From: Leptogorgia sarmentosa
Lineage: Eukaryota
NCBI GenBank assembly: GCA_964658305.1
Contig: OZ210884.1
Span: 6,944,001-7,008,000 of the forward strand
Direction of reading: 5' to 3'
DNA: 64,000 nucleotides
Position numbers and translations under genes: made by a program. The notes under the pieces were generated by a model. It was not told where the DNA came from and did no database searches. It saw only the letters and a program-made list of their open reading frames with translations. Every line of letters starts with the position of its first letter. Within the stretch, counting starts at the first letter, position 1. Of the stretch, positions 25,860 to 41,700 are shown piece by piece.

Positions 25860-26055
25860 ATTGTGATCGAGACTCGAGAGAGCGAAAATATTTACCGCTG
25901 TGATGACAACCAGTGAGCATCAGATATCATAGCGTTCACTGGTTCAGAATGATCGATCTGAAACGTCACTTTTGCTTCATATTGGAATTTTAGGATTTCG
26001 CACGGACTTCAATTAAGATGAGAAGATTTTGAGAATTTTCCAAGAGCAAGACAAC

Positions 26056-29000
26056 ATGGGACCGAAAAAAACTCCACCTCGACACCCACAAGAAGAAGCG
26101 AATTTTGTGTCGAGGATAATGTTGTGGTGGATCATTCCACTGCTGTGGAAAGGATGGCGGCGCCCACTACAACAAGACGACCTGTACGAAGTGAGAGATA
26201 AAGATCAAAGCTGTATACTCACCAAACGTTTAGAAGAGAAATGGGAACAGGAAGTGCAGTCTGCCAAGACAGGTATAAGTTTAATTAAAATGGTTTTCGA
26301 TGGTTTCTAGAATTATCTGATTCATGGTGAATGTTGTTCTGTTTGAAGTGGCAAAAGATGATTCATAAGTTATGTTTCATTTCAGTAAAAATTTGACGGT
26401 AATTTCATGATGACTTGCTGGAGATTGTGTCTATGAGGCTGAGAAAATTGCGTGCAATGTTTGTTTCAGCGCTCTTTCTGAAAGAATGGCCATCACATGA
26501 CAAATATAAAAAATGTGGCCTTGTCAAATATTTGAGAATTTTTAATTAAAAATTAAACTAAAATATTAATTATTGATAGCATGATAGCTGGCAACAAGCT
26601 CATTGGACAACAATAAATGCACCTCGATCGAAATTTAAAGATCAATAAAATATTTCAACACTTTTTACAGGTAATCGAACTTCCAAGTTATGGAAAGCAA
26701 TGCTACGTTATTTTAGTGTCCAAGACTATATGACCTACGTCGTGACTACGTTGATTATCGTGTCAGGAATAAATATTTCTTCGTACTCACTTATTTCTCT
26801 GTTGCAATTGGTCAATGATTTCAATTTCGAAGAAGCGAAGAATAACAACCAATTTTATGAAGATGCCTCGATGTACGTTTATGGAGTTATGTTAGGATTA
26901 TCGATGGAAGTAATTTCAATTTCTTTCTTCCTTCTTCATGGTGCAAGACTAGGGAACAAAGTCAAGTCAGGAGTATTGGGTTTGTTGTATAAGAAGGTGA
27001 GTTCAATGATTGAAAAGTTTCAGAAATATGCCAAAACTACATATAAGGTTTGGATCGCCGGCAAAGTCATTGCTTACCGGACTCCGTTGCGATTTTTGCG
27101 CATGTGGAAGTTCTAACTTTAATAAATCAGTTAACTTCAATTTATAATTAATATGTAGTTCTTTCGCTAGAGAACCAATGCCATAATAATTATGATGTAG
27201 CTACCGCCATTTCTCTCTCCCCATGTCAATGTTCCCTATCTTTCTTTCTATTTTCGTCTGGAGAGGGATATGATTCAATCTACCAGATGTGTTATGTTCA
27301 TCTTGGGGTGATTAGAAGTCACGATTTACTTTACTGGAGTTGTGATCTCAAACCTGTTTTTTTTTCGCCACCTTACTAGGATGAGACGTTTCCCAATTAT
27401 CCTTTTTCGCTCCATTTTTTCCTTTTGATATCGTATTTCTGGTCTTATATCTTATCTCGTATGGTATATCTTATTTAGGTACTCTGTCTCCGTAAAATGT
27501 GCACTGAAAGTGGTCAAGTGATGGAATTGATATGCAATGATTCTCAAAGACTGCTCACCAGTGGTGAATGGTTCATTCCTGTTGCCATTCGTCATTGCTT
27601 TTCCTCTGCAAGTGTCATAGCTTGGTTGTTTTACTTTATTGGCTGGCAAATCATCCCCGGAATACTCTTTTTATTATCACTTGTTGTACTGCGGATGCTT
27701 TTGAGTAGAGTTGACTACGATTTACGCAAGAGAGCTTCCGGTCTGTCCGATAAACGTCTTGGTTATATCAGGGAATCCTTGACTGTATTACATTCCGTAA
27801 AAGTTAACTGTTGGGAAAAGATTTTTGAAGAAAAAATACAGAAAACACGATGGTGAATATAAATAAATTCCTCATTACTACTCCAACATGCGTATGTGAT
27901 TTTTTGTCGTTTTTATTTTGCCATTATTTGCTCTAATGTTAAACGGACCTTGAATTAAGTTGTTGGAACTGGAATATTATTTCTGGTTTATTTAATACTT
28001 CGATCTTGCTGTCCGTTGGAAATCTTTACAAAAATTTCTCAAATATTAATCTTGAATTTGTTTCAGGGAGGAGGTGAAAGCTAAAACCAAACGTTGGATG
28101 ATTTCGCTGACATGTTACTCATTTACAACTTGTGGTCAAAGTTTGGCTACCTTTATTACAGTGTGCATTTTGATGCTCACAAATAGAGAAGAGCTACGTT
28201 ATTTAAATTTCTTTGCAATGATATACTTCTTTAGATTAATTAATTATTCTTTTGTGTACATCATTCCAAGGGCCGTACATTTATTTAACGACGTCCGTGG
28301 CGCCCTTCAACGTATTGAAATATTCCTAAAAGCAACTGAACTGTCACAAGAAGAATCTATACAAAACTGCAACAAAGAATGTATCACTTTGTCTCCCAAT
28401 TTGGAGGATTTGGCCAATAAAACAAAATATTTGCAAACTGAAACAACATCCCCATACGAGCTGTTGCCTTTTCTTACTTTACATGACGTAACATGTCAAC
28501 TTCCTTCCAAAATACATCATTCATCCCATGAGTCCTCACGGCAAGACAGTCAACGATCGTCATTATTAAAAAATATTAACCTTGAAATATCTACTCCTGA
28601 GTTGGTTGTCGTATGCGGTGCTGTGGGCAGTGGAAAGTCTTCGCTTTTAGAAGCCATTCTGGGAGAGTTACTGGTAACTAATGGCTCAGTTAACTACTTT
28701 GGTAAATTGGCCCATGTTTCAGACACACCTTGGGTTTTTCCTGGAACTATTCGTGAGAACATCGTGTTTGGTTTACCATATAACGAGAGTAAATACAACA
28801 ACATACTCGAGGCTTGTCAGTTGGTAAAAGATTTTGATAATTTTCCAGAACATGATTTAACACGTATTGGGGAAAATAGCGCGACTGTGAGTGGTGGTCA
28901 GCGTACACGTATTGCTTTAGCACGCGCAGTTTATTCTGAAGCTGATATATATCTATTGGATGATCCTCTAAGCTCTTTAGACATCAATGTCGCTGAGAAT

Positions 29001-32000
29001 GTCTTCAGGTTAGTTTAGTTATTTATCATACGTTGTGCATTAGAAAATACTGCTGACCTACTGAATTGACGAATTCATTTTGCCACAAAGAAGTCTATCA
29101 GGAGGAATAGGAGGAATTAGTTCAGCGCGCGCAGTGGCGGATCAAGAGGGAGGGGGGCAGTATGGGCGGTTTTGGGGCCCGCGCTTCACAAAGGCAATTT
29201 TTTCCAATGAATCTACCTCACCATGATGGTTAGTAAAATCACAGGGGAACGCTCATTCTCGAAACTAAAACGCGTAAAGAGCGTTTTGCGTAGCACGATG
29301 GGACAGAGACGCTAAGTGCTCTCTCACTCATGAGTATGAAATAAGACATTTTACGTTCACTTGACTTGTCAAAGCCGGCAAATAGTTTTGCTTCTGCTAG
29401 TTCTGCAAAGGCTAAAAAGTTCCTTTTTTGCAAAACATTTTGGTAGAAACGTTGTTTGTGAATGCCACTATTTCATAAAATCTCTCTGATATTTTACAGT
29501 GAAAAGTCCTTTATTTTTCAGAGCGCGGGAGGGGACAGTAATCAGCCAAGGGCCCAACCACTGTTTGTGCCAGGGGGGGCCGCGCGAGCTTGATCCGCCC
29601 CTGAGCGCGCGGACTATAGCTTTACTACATTTGGAACTTTGAATTCTAGGGGATATTTGTTAATATTTATATCTATTGTATTAATGTGTAGAAAGTGTAT
29701 CCAAGGATTATTATCCAATCGAATAGTACTCCTAACCACACATGCTACCAAGTATTATTCAAAGGCTGATCGCATTGTCCTGTTGGAGGGAGGAACGATT
29801 GCCGCACAAGGAAATCTTGAAACTTTGAAAACCACGCTTCCACGAACGGAATCAGTTCATGACGAACCTGGCGTAAAGAACAACGATACGGTTGGCAATG
29901 TCGAATTATGGGGTGATACTGGAAAATCCATTGAAGGCGTCAACCTTGAAGAAGAAGAGGAAGAAAGGAAACGTGGAATTGTTCCTTTGAAAGTTTATTT
30001 GGAATATTTTCTTTATGGGGCATCTCCATTTATTCTGCTCCTTGTGCCCGTGGTGTATTTCTCCGGTGGAGGTTAGTATTCAGTGTCAATAAAGCCCCAT
30101 ACAGACGAGCAAGTTTTCTATGACAAGTTTTTATGTGACAAGTTTACTTTGCTCGTCTGTACGTCCCATTTTGCCATTTTTTCTATGACAAGTGCACTTG
30201 TTGAAAAGCTAGCATGCTAGCTTTTGAACAAGTGGACTTGTCATAGAAATAATTGGCAAAGTAAAAAATTTGTCCGTCTGTACGGTCAACAAAGAAAACT
30301 TGTCAAAGAAAAATTAGTTGACTTGTACAGACGGGCAAGAAAAAATTGTCACATAAGAACTTGTCATAGAAAACTTGCTCGTCTGTAAGGGGCTTAAGAT
30401 GATTGAAATAATGTGAACAGAAGCAACTCCTATTTTTTATCATTATTTTTTTTCAAACCCCTAATCTTGAATCCCGCTTGGAATTCCAATAATTATAAAG
30501 AGTAGTATAGTATCCAGATGAAAATATTTATATAATACCGTTCATTAATGAATCTTTTGATATTTTTACTTCTCTGTCTCCGCCATCTTGGATTCAAGTC
30601 TAAGGAAAATCGTGGCAGAATGGATGTGTCATAAAATGTAAATGACAAGAGTTCTACTTACAAGTTTCCATGATTTCCTTATCTCCTACAGGTATGAAAG
30701 TTCAGGTAGACATCACTGTAACACAGCTGCAAAAATTAGCGATGAATGGGAATGATGAGTTTGATGAAGGATTTCGTTTGTACGCCATTTACCTGGTTGT
30801 TTGTGTACTCCTTTTGATTATTGGCTCACTGTGCATCTTTCTGCTTCTCATGAATGCAGTCTATATGGTGAGTGTGTAGCCATTGATCTACGGTATCAAG
30901 GCATATGCTTCCACTTGCAACTTTTGCTGCCATTTATAGTGCAATTTTCTCCTTTTGATGCATGAATGTTAACGAGCACAATAATCCACTCCTTCATGCC
31001 AATCGGAGTGGACAAAATCGCACCAAAAATTGTTTGAAGAATTGCCTTTATCGAAAGGTGCGTAACTACGTCCTTGCTATAATCGTGCGCAACTTCTGAA
31101 ATTGTTCCCTCAGCAAATTCATCAATTTAAGTAAAACTGATATCTCTTTTGAATATTTAGGTTCATAACAAGATGATCACGTGCCTTATGAAAGCACCTT
31201 TATCATTTTACGCAAGAAATCCTGTCGGGCGAGTAATTAACCGTTTATCTCAAGACATAAACGCCTTGGAGGAATTATTGCCTTACAGTACCTATGCAAC
31301 ATGTGTCCAAATTATACCAATCACTGCCACGGTATTGTTGGCTAGCATCACAAATCCCTGGTTGATGCTTTCATTTTTATTTGCTGTGCTTTTATTTTAT
31401 TTCGTTGCAAGTATTTACTTAACTTTGGGAACCGATCTAAAACGTTTGATGTTGATGGCAGCAGGTCCTGTCTATTCTCATTTCTCCAACACAATGGAAG
31501 GACTGAAAACTATCAGGATTCATTCCAGGCAGAACGAATATACAGAACAAGTCTTCAGGTATGTTGGCGTGGGTGGTTAGGACGAAATGTATCCATCATG
31601 CTTGTTTTTTTCAAAGCCGGTGCGGTTTGTATGCCATGCTGGTTTGGAAATTATCACAATTTTTTATTAGCGACCGACTCCTGGATTTGATGTGGTCCTT
31701 ATCAACTATATTATATCCGTTGCAAATTTATTATTGATGGTTTGCAATTGGCCGCCATCTTGGTTGACATTTCAAAATACGTCCACAATAGAACAAGCAT
31801 TTGACACAGACACTTTTATAAATGTCGAAAATTCGTCGGAATTATCGACAAAGAATTTGATTTTAATATATTTTGCAGGCATATTGACAATCACAGTGCT
31901 GCAGTTCTGTCATTTTATACCTCACTCAGATGTTTTTCTACAATGTGCTACACAATGACCATCTTGATATCAGGAATTATAACAGTGGTTGTCATTTATT

Positions 32001-33025
32001 CGATAAATGATACCCATGGAGCAGGTATGTTTTGAAAGTTTTTACTCTGTTCTTAAAATGAGTTGATGTCGATCCCTATCTGCGTTGACAATATTCTACT
32101 ATCCTTTCTTTCAGCGCTTGCTGCAATCACCATCCTCTACGCAGTAAGCATCAGTGAGTCTGTGGGCACATTGATTCGACATGGCGCGGATTTTAGTACT
32201 TATATGACGTCAGCAGAGCGTGCTATGGCTTACACCCAAATTCCACCTGAACGCGGGCAAAGTCTTCCCAAGTCTCCCCCTATGGAATGGCCTGACTCTG
32301 GTGCACTTGAGTTTCAAGGTGTGTCATTGTGGCATTACAAAGGTGGCCCTAAAGTCCTGAAGAATATTTCATTCAAAGTGAAACCAAAAGAAAAAATTGG
32401 AATTGCGGGTCGGACCGGAGCTGGCAAGTCATCATTGGTAGCTGCGTTGATGAGACTTGCCTTAACTGAGGGGGATGTATTTGTGGATGGTTTGAACATA
32501 AGAGAGATCAATGTGGTATCTTCACGTCAAGTCATTTCCGTTATTTCTCAGGCTCCGATCTTGATTAACGGTACTATCAGAGTTAATCTTGATCCCGTGG
32601 GAGAACACAGCGACAGCGAAATATGGCAGGCTCTTGCTCAGACTAAAATGACATCTGCTATTTCAAATCTGCCGAAAAAACTCGAGAATGAAATTGATTC
32701 AAATGGTTCAAATTTCAGTCTAGGGGAACGGCAATTATTGCATTTAACACGAGTTCTGCTGAAGAAGAACAAGATTATAATTTTTGACGAAGCAACGGGC
32801 AAGGTGGATAGGACGACAGATGAAAACATACAAAGTATTGTCCGCGAAGTTTTCAAAGATTGCACGGTCATAACTATTGCACATCGTTTGAGCACAATCT
32901 TAGACAGTGACAGAATAATGATCTTGGATCAAGGAAAAATTGTTGACTGTGGAACACCTCAATCACTGTTAAATAAGGAAGGTAGTTTACTGAAACAACT
33001 GCTGGAACTATCTTCAGAAAAGTAG
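26056..33025 (+). CDS. ABCC4: ABCC/MRP4-like ABC transporter, copy 2 (9 exons, apparently intact)
   Basis: Same exon set, splice sites and NBD motifs as copy 1. Confidence 0.9.
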
Positions 33026-35705
33026 TTATTTTGATGTTTGTCATTCCTAGCACCATTCCAAGTGGCGCGATGCTTATAAGCACTGTACGTCGAGTGTTCA
33101 CGGACCATTGACCAATGGTTATCAAAATGTAAAGTTACATAGAACATTATAGTATGTTATCATCCGCAGATTAGATAATTGAAAATTATCTTGCGTGCTG
33201 AATGAAATATAATTCGTTCAGTGGCAGAGAGACAAATCTATTGAACAGTGATATGATATGGTAAGCAAGTATTTTCACTTATTGTGTAAATGCATTCATG
33301 CATAAGGACATACATATGTTACAATTGCGAATATTTTAGCTTATATTACCCGACTTCGCCGTTAATACACGACAATTTAACTACAGATACACAATTGTAT
33401 AAATAAAAAGCACCTCCGAAAGCACGTGGACTTTACTTTCAACTAAATTAAATAATTAACATGTACTTAGAACATTTATTGAACCACACACCAACCTGAT
33501 ATTTCACAGTACAGACCTCACGCGCCTTTAATGTAAAAACATATTGTCATATAATAGCATGGACATGGGTTACACGGTAACCGACTACAGTCACAAACAA
33601 AACAAATGGCGTATATGTGGGTGAACTAACATGTTGTTATCAATTAAATGCAATTATATTATTTATTCATATTTGCAGTATTTTTACTAATGTTTTTATG
33701 AATGTTATCACACAGGTAATCAGGAATGCTCCAGCTAGTGTTCTAATATAGCCTTTCTCTGAATCCGAGCACTTAGTAAATCGCATCCATTTGCCGTTCA
33801 CATCCTTTAGGAGAGGAAAATCTTACAGCTATCGAAGTTGAGAAATGTATTGTATTTTTATTGAATTAGCAAACCAAAGATCGCAGATTTGGTTGCCGAT
33901 ATATAGTTCTTTTGGTAGCCATTCAATATTTCAGGTAAACTTGAATACGCCAAGAATGATAATTAATGGGGGGGGGGGGGGGGGGAGGCATCTTCATGTA
34001 CTCATGTTCTGCGATTATAAGTATTTCTTTTGAAATCAATTGTTGTTATGGTATGTGAACAGGGACAAATGAATATGGCCCCCAATTATAGTTCTGGCAC
34101 TCTACTGGAATACCCACGCATATATAAGTGTTTATGAAGGTGATGAGGTATGTATTGACACGCAATAACTACCGTGAACCTCAAAGCTTTCTAAAATCAT
34201 CATACAGTAATCAGTATAGCTTCTAGTACTCATACACAAAGGATAAGATGTTTCGCCTAAATAACATGTGAATAACATAACGGTAAGTACAGCATGCTCT
34301 TGAAATAAAATGGTATCTACAAATGCTTGCTGATTACCGAACCGTAAAGTACGTACCGAATGCAGTTGATTTATTTGAGTACAATTAACAATATTCTAGT
34401 GACAATTAACGATACAATAAGATAATGTTTGATGTTACAAGCAACATAGCTCGAATCTTCCTTAATATCGTTTAGGTAGTGCATGAGTAGAACCTGTAGA
34501 ACTTTTGCTGCTTATTGATGTAGTCATGGCTGACTAGCTTTGTATCTACGTCACAATTGTATCATCGGCACGCCTCGATAATAGCTCGATCATCTAAGAA
34601 CACTTGCGATGAAGATGTTTTACGAATTAAAAAGGCAGGGCGTAACTAGAACGTTCTACTATGTACTAGTATACAAATAATGAATGTTTATGAGTGCAAT
34701 GGTAAGAATATTTTCATGAGGTGAAAGATGGAATGTTCTATTCAACGACGCGAAGCCGAGTTGAATGGAACATTCCATCTTTCACCGAATGAAAATATTC
34801 TTTCCATTGCACGAAATAAACATTCATTATTTGTTTTATATGACACCAAAATAACGTTTTGGTATTTGAAATACCCGCCATTTTGTTTTGTTAGTTTACT
34901 AAACAAAATTTCATCGCTCACATGGTCCCGCCACGTTCATGGATTTGCCATTAAATGTGTGCGATACTTTGCGATACTAACATTTTGAGTGATTGAAAAT
35001 AATTAAAACCACCGTGCAATGGAAAAAAATATTTGCACGGTTCCATTGCACGATCATGAAAATGGAGTTTCTATTTTATATCACGTGATCGTAAATAACC
35101 AATTAAATAGCGTTAATTTAACAAAGTGTTATATAATACGTTCTACTAAAAGAAACCAACCAAATTTGTAAAGCAAATTTAGCATACCTTGTTAACAACT
35201 AGTGAACAAGCTTGGTGGGAATGTCACCCAACAAGACTGATGTATAATGATGATAACTATAACAATATCCTGTACAGGCTTGTGTTCTGACAATCGTTTG
35301 GGATGTTTCTGACATCTCTGCCACTGAACGAATTATATTTCATTCAGCACGCAAGATAATTTTCAATTATCTAATCTGCGGATGATAACATACTATAATG
35401 TCCTATGTAACTTTACATTTTGATAACCATTGGTCAATGGTCCGTGAACACTCGACGTACAGTGCTTATAAGCATCGCGCCACTTCATCTACATGTAGCG
35501 CTATATAAGATTGTGATCGAGACTCGAGAGAGCGAAAATATTTACTGCTGTGATGACAACCAGTGAGCATCAGATATCATAGCGTTCACTGGTTCAGAAT
35601 GATCGATCTGAAACGTCACTTTTGCTTCATATTGGAATTTTAGGATTTCGCACGCACTTCAATTAAGATGAGAAGATTTTGAGAATTTTCCAAGAGCAAG
35701 ACAAC

Positions 35706-38700
35706 ATGGGGCCGAAAAAAACTCCACCTCGACACCCACAAGAAGAAGCGAATTTTGTGTCGAGGATAATGTTGTGGTGGATCATTCCACTGCTGTGGAA
35801 AGGATGGCGACGCCCACTACAACAAGACGACCTGTACGAAGTGAGAGATAAAGATCAAAGCTGTAAACTCACCAAACGTTTAGAGGAGAAATGGGAACAG
35901 GAAGTGCAGTCTGCCAAGACAGGTATAAGTTTAATTAAAATGGTTTTCGATGGTTTCTAGAATTATCTGATTCATGGTGAATGTTGTTCTGTTTGAAGTG
36001 GCAAAAGATGATTCATAAGTTATGTTTCATTTCAGTAAAAATTTGACGGTAATTTCATGATGACTTGCTGGAGATTGTGTCTATGAGGCTGAGAAAATTG
36101 CGTGCAATGTTTGTTTCAGCGCTCTTTCTGAAAGAATGGCCATCACATGACAAATATAAAAAATGTGGCCTTGTCAAATATTTGAGAATTTTTAATTAAA
36201 AATTAAACTAAAATATTAATTATTGATAGCATGATAGCTGGCAACAAGCTCATTGGACAACAATAAATGCACCTCGATCGAAATTTAAAGATCAATAAAA
36301 TATTTCAACACTTTTTACAGGTAATCGAACTTCCAAGTTATGGAAAGCAATGCTACGTTATTTTAGTGTCCAAGACTATATGACCTACGTCGTGACTACG
36401 TTGATTATCGTGTCAGGAATAAACATTTCTTCGTACTCACTTATTTCTCTGTTGCAATTGGTCAATGATTTCAATTTCGAAGAAGCGAAGAATAACAACC
36501 AATTTTATGAAGATGCCTCGATGTACGTTTATGGAGTTATGTTAGGATTATCGATGGAAGTAATTTCAATTTCTTTCTTCCTTCTTCATGGTGCAAGACT
36601 AGGGAACAAAGTCAAGTCAGGAGTATTGGGTTTGTTGTATAAGAAGGTGAGTTCAATGATTGAAAAGTTTCAGAAATATGCCAAAACTACATATAAGGTT
36701 TGGATCGCCGGCAAAGTCATGGCTTACCGGACTCCGTTGCGATTTTTGCGCATGTGGAAGTTCTAACTTTAATAAATCAGTTAACTTCAATTTATAATTA
36801 TGTAGTTCTTTCGCTAGAGAACCAATGCCATAATAATTATGATGTAGCTACCGCCATTTCTCTCTCCCCATGTCAATGTTCCCTATCTTTCTTTCTATTT
36901 TCGTCTGGAGAGGGATATGATTCAATCTACCAGATGTGTTATGTTCATCTTGGGGTGATTAGAAGTCACGATTTACTTTACTGGAGTTGTGATCTCAAAC
37001 CTGTTTTTTTTTCGCCACCTTACTAGAATGAGACGTTTCCCAATTATCCTTTTTCGCTCCATTTTTTCCTTTTGATATCGTATTTCTGGTCTTATATCTT
37101 ATCTCGTATGGTATATCTTATTTAGGTACTCTGTCTCCGTAAAATGTGCACTGAAAGTGGTCAAGTGATGGAATTGATATGCAATGATTCTCAAAGACTG
37201 CTCACCAGTGGTGAATGGTTCATTCCTGTTGCCATTCGTCATTGCTTTTCCTCTGCAAGTGTCATAGCTTGGTTGTTTTACTTTATTGGCTGGCAAATCA
37301 TCCCCGGAATACTCTTTTTATTATCACTTGTTGTACTACGGATGCTTTTGAGTAGAGTTGACTACGATTTACGCAAGAGAGCTTCCGGTCTGTCCGATAA
37401 ACGTCTTGGTTATATCAGGGAATCCTTGACTGTATTACATTCCGTAAAAGTTAACTGTTGGGAGAAGATTTTTGAAGAAAAAATACAGAAAACACGATGG
37501 TGAATATACATAAATTCCTCATTATTACTCCAACATGCATATGTGATTTTTTGTCGTTTTAATTTTGCCATTATTTTCCTCTAATGGTAAACGGGCCATC
37601 AATTAAGTTGTTGGAACCGAAATATTATTGGTTTTTTAATGCTTTGATCTTGCTGTCCGTTCGAAATCTTGAATAAAATTTCTCAAATATTAATCTTGAA
37701 TTTGTTTCAGGGAGGAGGTGAAAGCTAAAACCAAACGTTGGATGATTTCGCTGACATGTTACTCATTTACAACTTGTGGTCAAAGTTTGGCTACCTTTAT
37801 TACAGTGTGCATTTTGATGCTCACAAATAGAGAAGAGCTACGTTATTTAAATTTCTTTGCAATGATATACTTCTTTAGATTAATTAATTATTCTTTTGTG
37901 TACATCATTCCAAGGGCCGTACATTTATTTAACGACGTCCGTGGCGCCCTTCAACGTATTGAAATATTCCTAAAAGCAACTGAACTGTCACAAGAAGAAT
38001 CTATACAAAACTGCAACAAAGAATGTATCACTTTGTCTCCCAATTTGGAGGATTTGGCCAATAAAACAAAATATTTGCAAACTGAAACAACATCCCCATA
38101 CGAGCTGTTGCCTTTTCTTACTTTACATGACGTAACATGTCAACTTCCTTCCAAAATACATCATTCATCCCATGAGTCCTCACGGCAAGACAGTCAACGA
38201 TCGTCATTATTAAAAAATATTAACCTTGAAATATCTACTCCTGAGTTGGTTGTCGTATGCGGTGCTGTGGGCAGTGGAAAGTCTTCGCTTTTAGAAGCCA
38301 TTCTGGGAGAGTTACTGGTAACTAATGGCTCAGTTAACTACTTTGGTAAATTGGCCTATGTTTCAGACACACCTTGGGTTTTTCCTGGAACTATTCGTGA
38401 GAACATCGTGTTTGGTTTACCATATAACGAGAGTAAATACAACAACATACTCGAGGCTTGTCAGTTGGTAAAAGATTTTGATAATTTTCCAGAACATGAT
38501 TTAACACGTATTGGGGAAAATAGCGCGACTGTCAGTGGTGGTCAGCGTACACGTATTGCTTTAGCACGCGCAGTTTATTCTGAAGCTGATATATATCTAC
38601 TGGATGATCCTCTGAGCTCATTGGACATCAATGTCGCTGAGAATGTCTTCAGGTTAGTTTAGTTATTTATCATACGTTGTGCATTAGAAACTACTGCTGA

Positions 38701-41700
38701 CCTACTGAATTGACGAATTCATTTTGCCACAAAGAAGTCTATCAGGAGGAATAGGAGGAATTAGTTCAGCGCGCGCAGTGGCGGATCAAGAGGGAGGGGG
38801 GCAGTATGGGCGGTTTTGGGGCCCGCGCTTCACAAAGGCAATTTTTTCTAATGAATCTACCTCACCATGATGGTTAGTAAAATCACAGGGGAACGCTCAT
38901 TCTCGAAACTAAAACGCGTAAAGAGCGTTTTGCGTAGCACGATGGGACAGAGACGCTAAGTGCTCTCTCACTCATGAGTATGAAATAAGACATTTTACGT
39001 TCACTTGACTTGTCAAAGCCGGCAAATAGTTTTGCTTCTGCTAGTTCTGCAAAGGCTAAAAAGTTCCTTTTTTGCAAAACATTTTGGTAGAAACGTTGTT
39101 TGTGAATGCCACTATTTCATAAAATCTCTCTGATATTTTACAGTGAAAAGTCCTTTATTTTTCAGAGCGCGGGAGGGGACAGTAATCAGCCAAGGGCCCA
39201 ACCACTGTTTGTGCCAGGGGGGGCCGCGCGAGCTTGATCCGCCCCTGAGCGCGCGGACTATAGCTTTACTACATTTGGAACTTTGAATTCTAGGGGATAT
39301 TTGTTAATATTTATATCTATTGTATTAATGTGTAGAAAGTGTATCCAAGGATTATTATCCAATCGAATAGTACTCCTAACCACACATGCTACCAAGTATT
39401 ATTCAGTGGCTGATCGCATTGTCCTGTTGGAGGGAGGAACGATTGCTACACAGGGAAATCTTGAAACTTTGAAAACCACGCTTGCACGAACGGAATCAGT
39501 TCATGACGAACCTGGCATAAAGGACAACGAGATGGTTGGCAATGTCGAATTATGGGGTGATACTGGAAAATCCATTGAAGGCGTCAACCTTGAAGAAGAA
39601 GAGGAAGAAAGGAAACGTGGAATTGTTCCTTTGAAAGTTTATTTGGAATATTTTCTTTATGGGGCATCTCCATTTATTCTGCTCCTTGTGCCCGTGATGT
39701 ATTTCTCCGGTGGAGGTTAGTATTCAGTGTCAATAAAGCCCCTTACAGACGAGCAAGTTTTCTATGACAAGTTTTTATGTGACAAGTTTACTTTGCTCGT
39801 CTGTACGTCCCATTTTGCCATTTTTTCTATGACAAGTGCACTTGTTGAAAAGCTAGCATGCTAGCTTTTGAACAAGTGGACTTGTCATAGAAATAATTGG
39901 CAAAGTAAAAAATTTGTCCGTCTGTACGGTCAACAAAGAAAACTTGTCAAAGAAAAATTAGTTGACTTGTACAGACGGGCAAGAAAAAATTGTCACATAA
40001 GAACTTGTCATAGAAAACTTGCTCGTCTGTAAGGGGCTTAAGATGATTGAAATAATGTGAACAGAAGCAACTCCTATTTTTTATCATTATTTTTTTTCAA
40101 ACCCCTAATCTTGAATCCCGCTTGGAATTCCAATAATTATAAAGAGTAGTATAGTATCCAGATGAAAGTATTTATATAATACCGTTCATTAATGAATCTT
40201 TTGATATTTTTACTTCTCTGTCTCCGCCATCTTGGATTCAAGTCTAAGGAAAATCGTGGCAGAATGGATGTCATAAAATGTAAATGACAAGAGTTCTACT
40301 TACAAGTTTCCATGATTTCCTTATCTCCTACAGGTATGAAAGTTCAGATAGACATCACTGTAACACAGCTGCAAAAATTAGCGATGAATGGGAATGATGA
40401 GTTTGATGAAGGATTTCGTTTGTACGCCATTTACCTGGTTGTTTGTGTACTCCTTTTGATTATTGGCTCACTGTGCATCTTTCTGCTTCTCATGAATGCA
40501 GTCTATATGGTGAGTGTGTAGCCATTGATCTACGGTATCAAGGCATACGCTTCCACTTGCAACTTTTGCTGCCATTTATAGTGCAATTTTCTCCTTTTGA
40601 TGCATGAATGTTAACGAGCACAATAATCCACTCCTTCATGCCAATCGGAGTGGACAAAATCGCACCAAAAATTGTTTGAAGAATTGCCTTTATCGAAAGG
40701 TGCGTAACTACGTCCTTGCTATAATCGTGCGCAACTTCTGAAATTGTTCCCTCAGCAAATTCATCAATTTAAGTAAAACTGATATCTCTTTTGAATATTT
40801 AGGTTCATAACAAGATGATCACGTGCCTTATGAAAGCACCTTTATCATTTTACGCAAGAAATCCTGTCGGGCGAGTAATTAACCGTTTATCTCAAGACAT
40901 AAACGCCTTGGAGGAATTATTGCCTTACAGTACCTATGCAACATGTGTCCAAATTATACCAATCACTGCCACGGTATTGTTGGCTAGCATCACAAATCCC
41001 TGGTTGATGCTTTCATTTTTATTTGCTGTGCTTTTATTTTATTTCGTTGCAAGTATTTACTTAACTTTGGGAACCGATCTAAAACGTTTGATGTTGATGG
41101 CAGCAGGTCCTGTCTATTCTCATTTCTCCAACACAATGGAAGGACTGAAAACTATCAGGATTCATTCCAGGCAGAACGAATATACAGAACAAGTCTTCAG
41201 GTATGTTGGCCTGGGTGGTTAGGACGAAATGTATCCATCATGCTTGTTTTTTTCAAAGCCGGTGCGGTTTGTATGCCATGCTTGTTTTGGAAATTATCAC
41301 AATTTTTTATTAGCGACCGACTCCTGGATTTGATGTGGTCCTTATCAACTATATTATATCCGTTGCAAATTTATTATTGATGGTTTGCAATTGGCCGCCA
41401 TCTTGGTTGACATTTCAAAATACGTCCACAATAGAACAAGCATTTGACACAGACACTTTTATAAATGTCGAAAATTCGTCGGAATTATCGACAAAGAATT
41501 TGATTTTAATATATTTTGCAGGCATATTGACAATCACAGTGCTGCAGTTCTGTCATTTTATACCTCACTCACATGTTTTGCTACAATGTGCGACACAATG
41601 ACCATCTTGATATCAGGGATCATAACAGTGGTTGTCATTTATTCGATAAATGATACCCATGGAGCAGGTATGTTTTGATAGTTTTTACTCTGTTCTTAAA

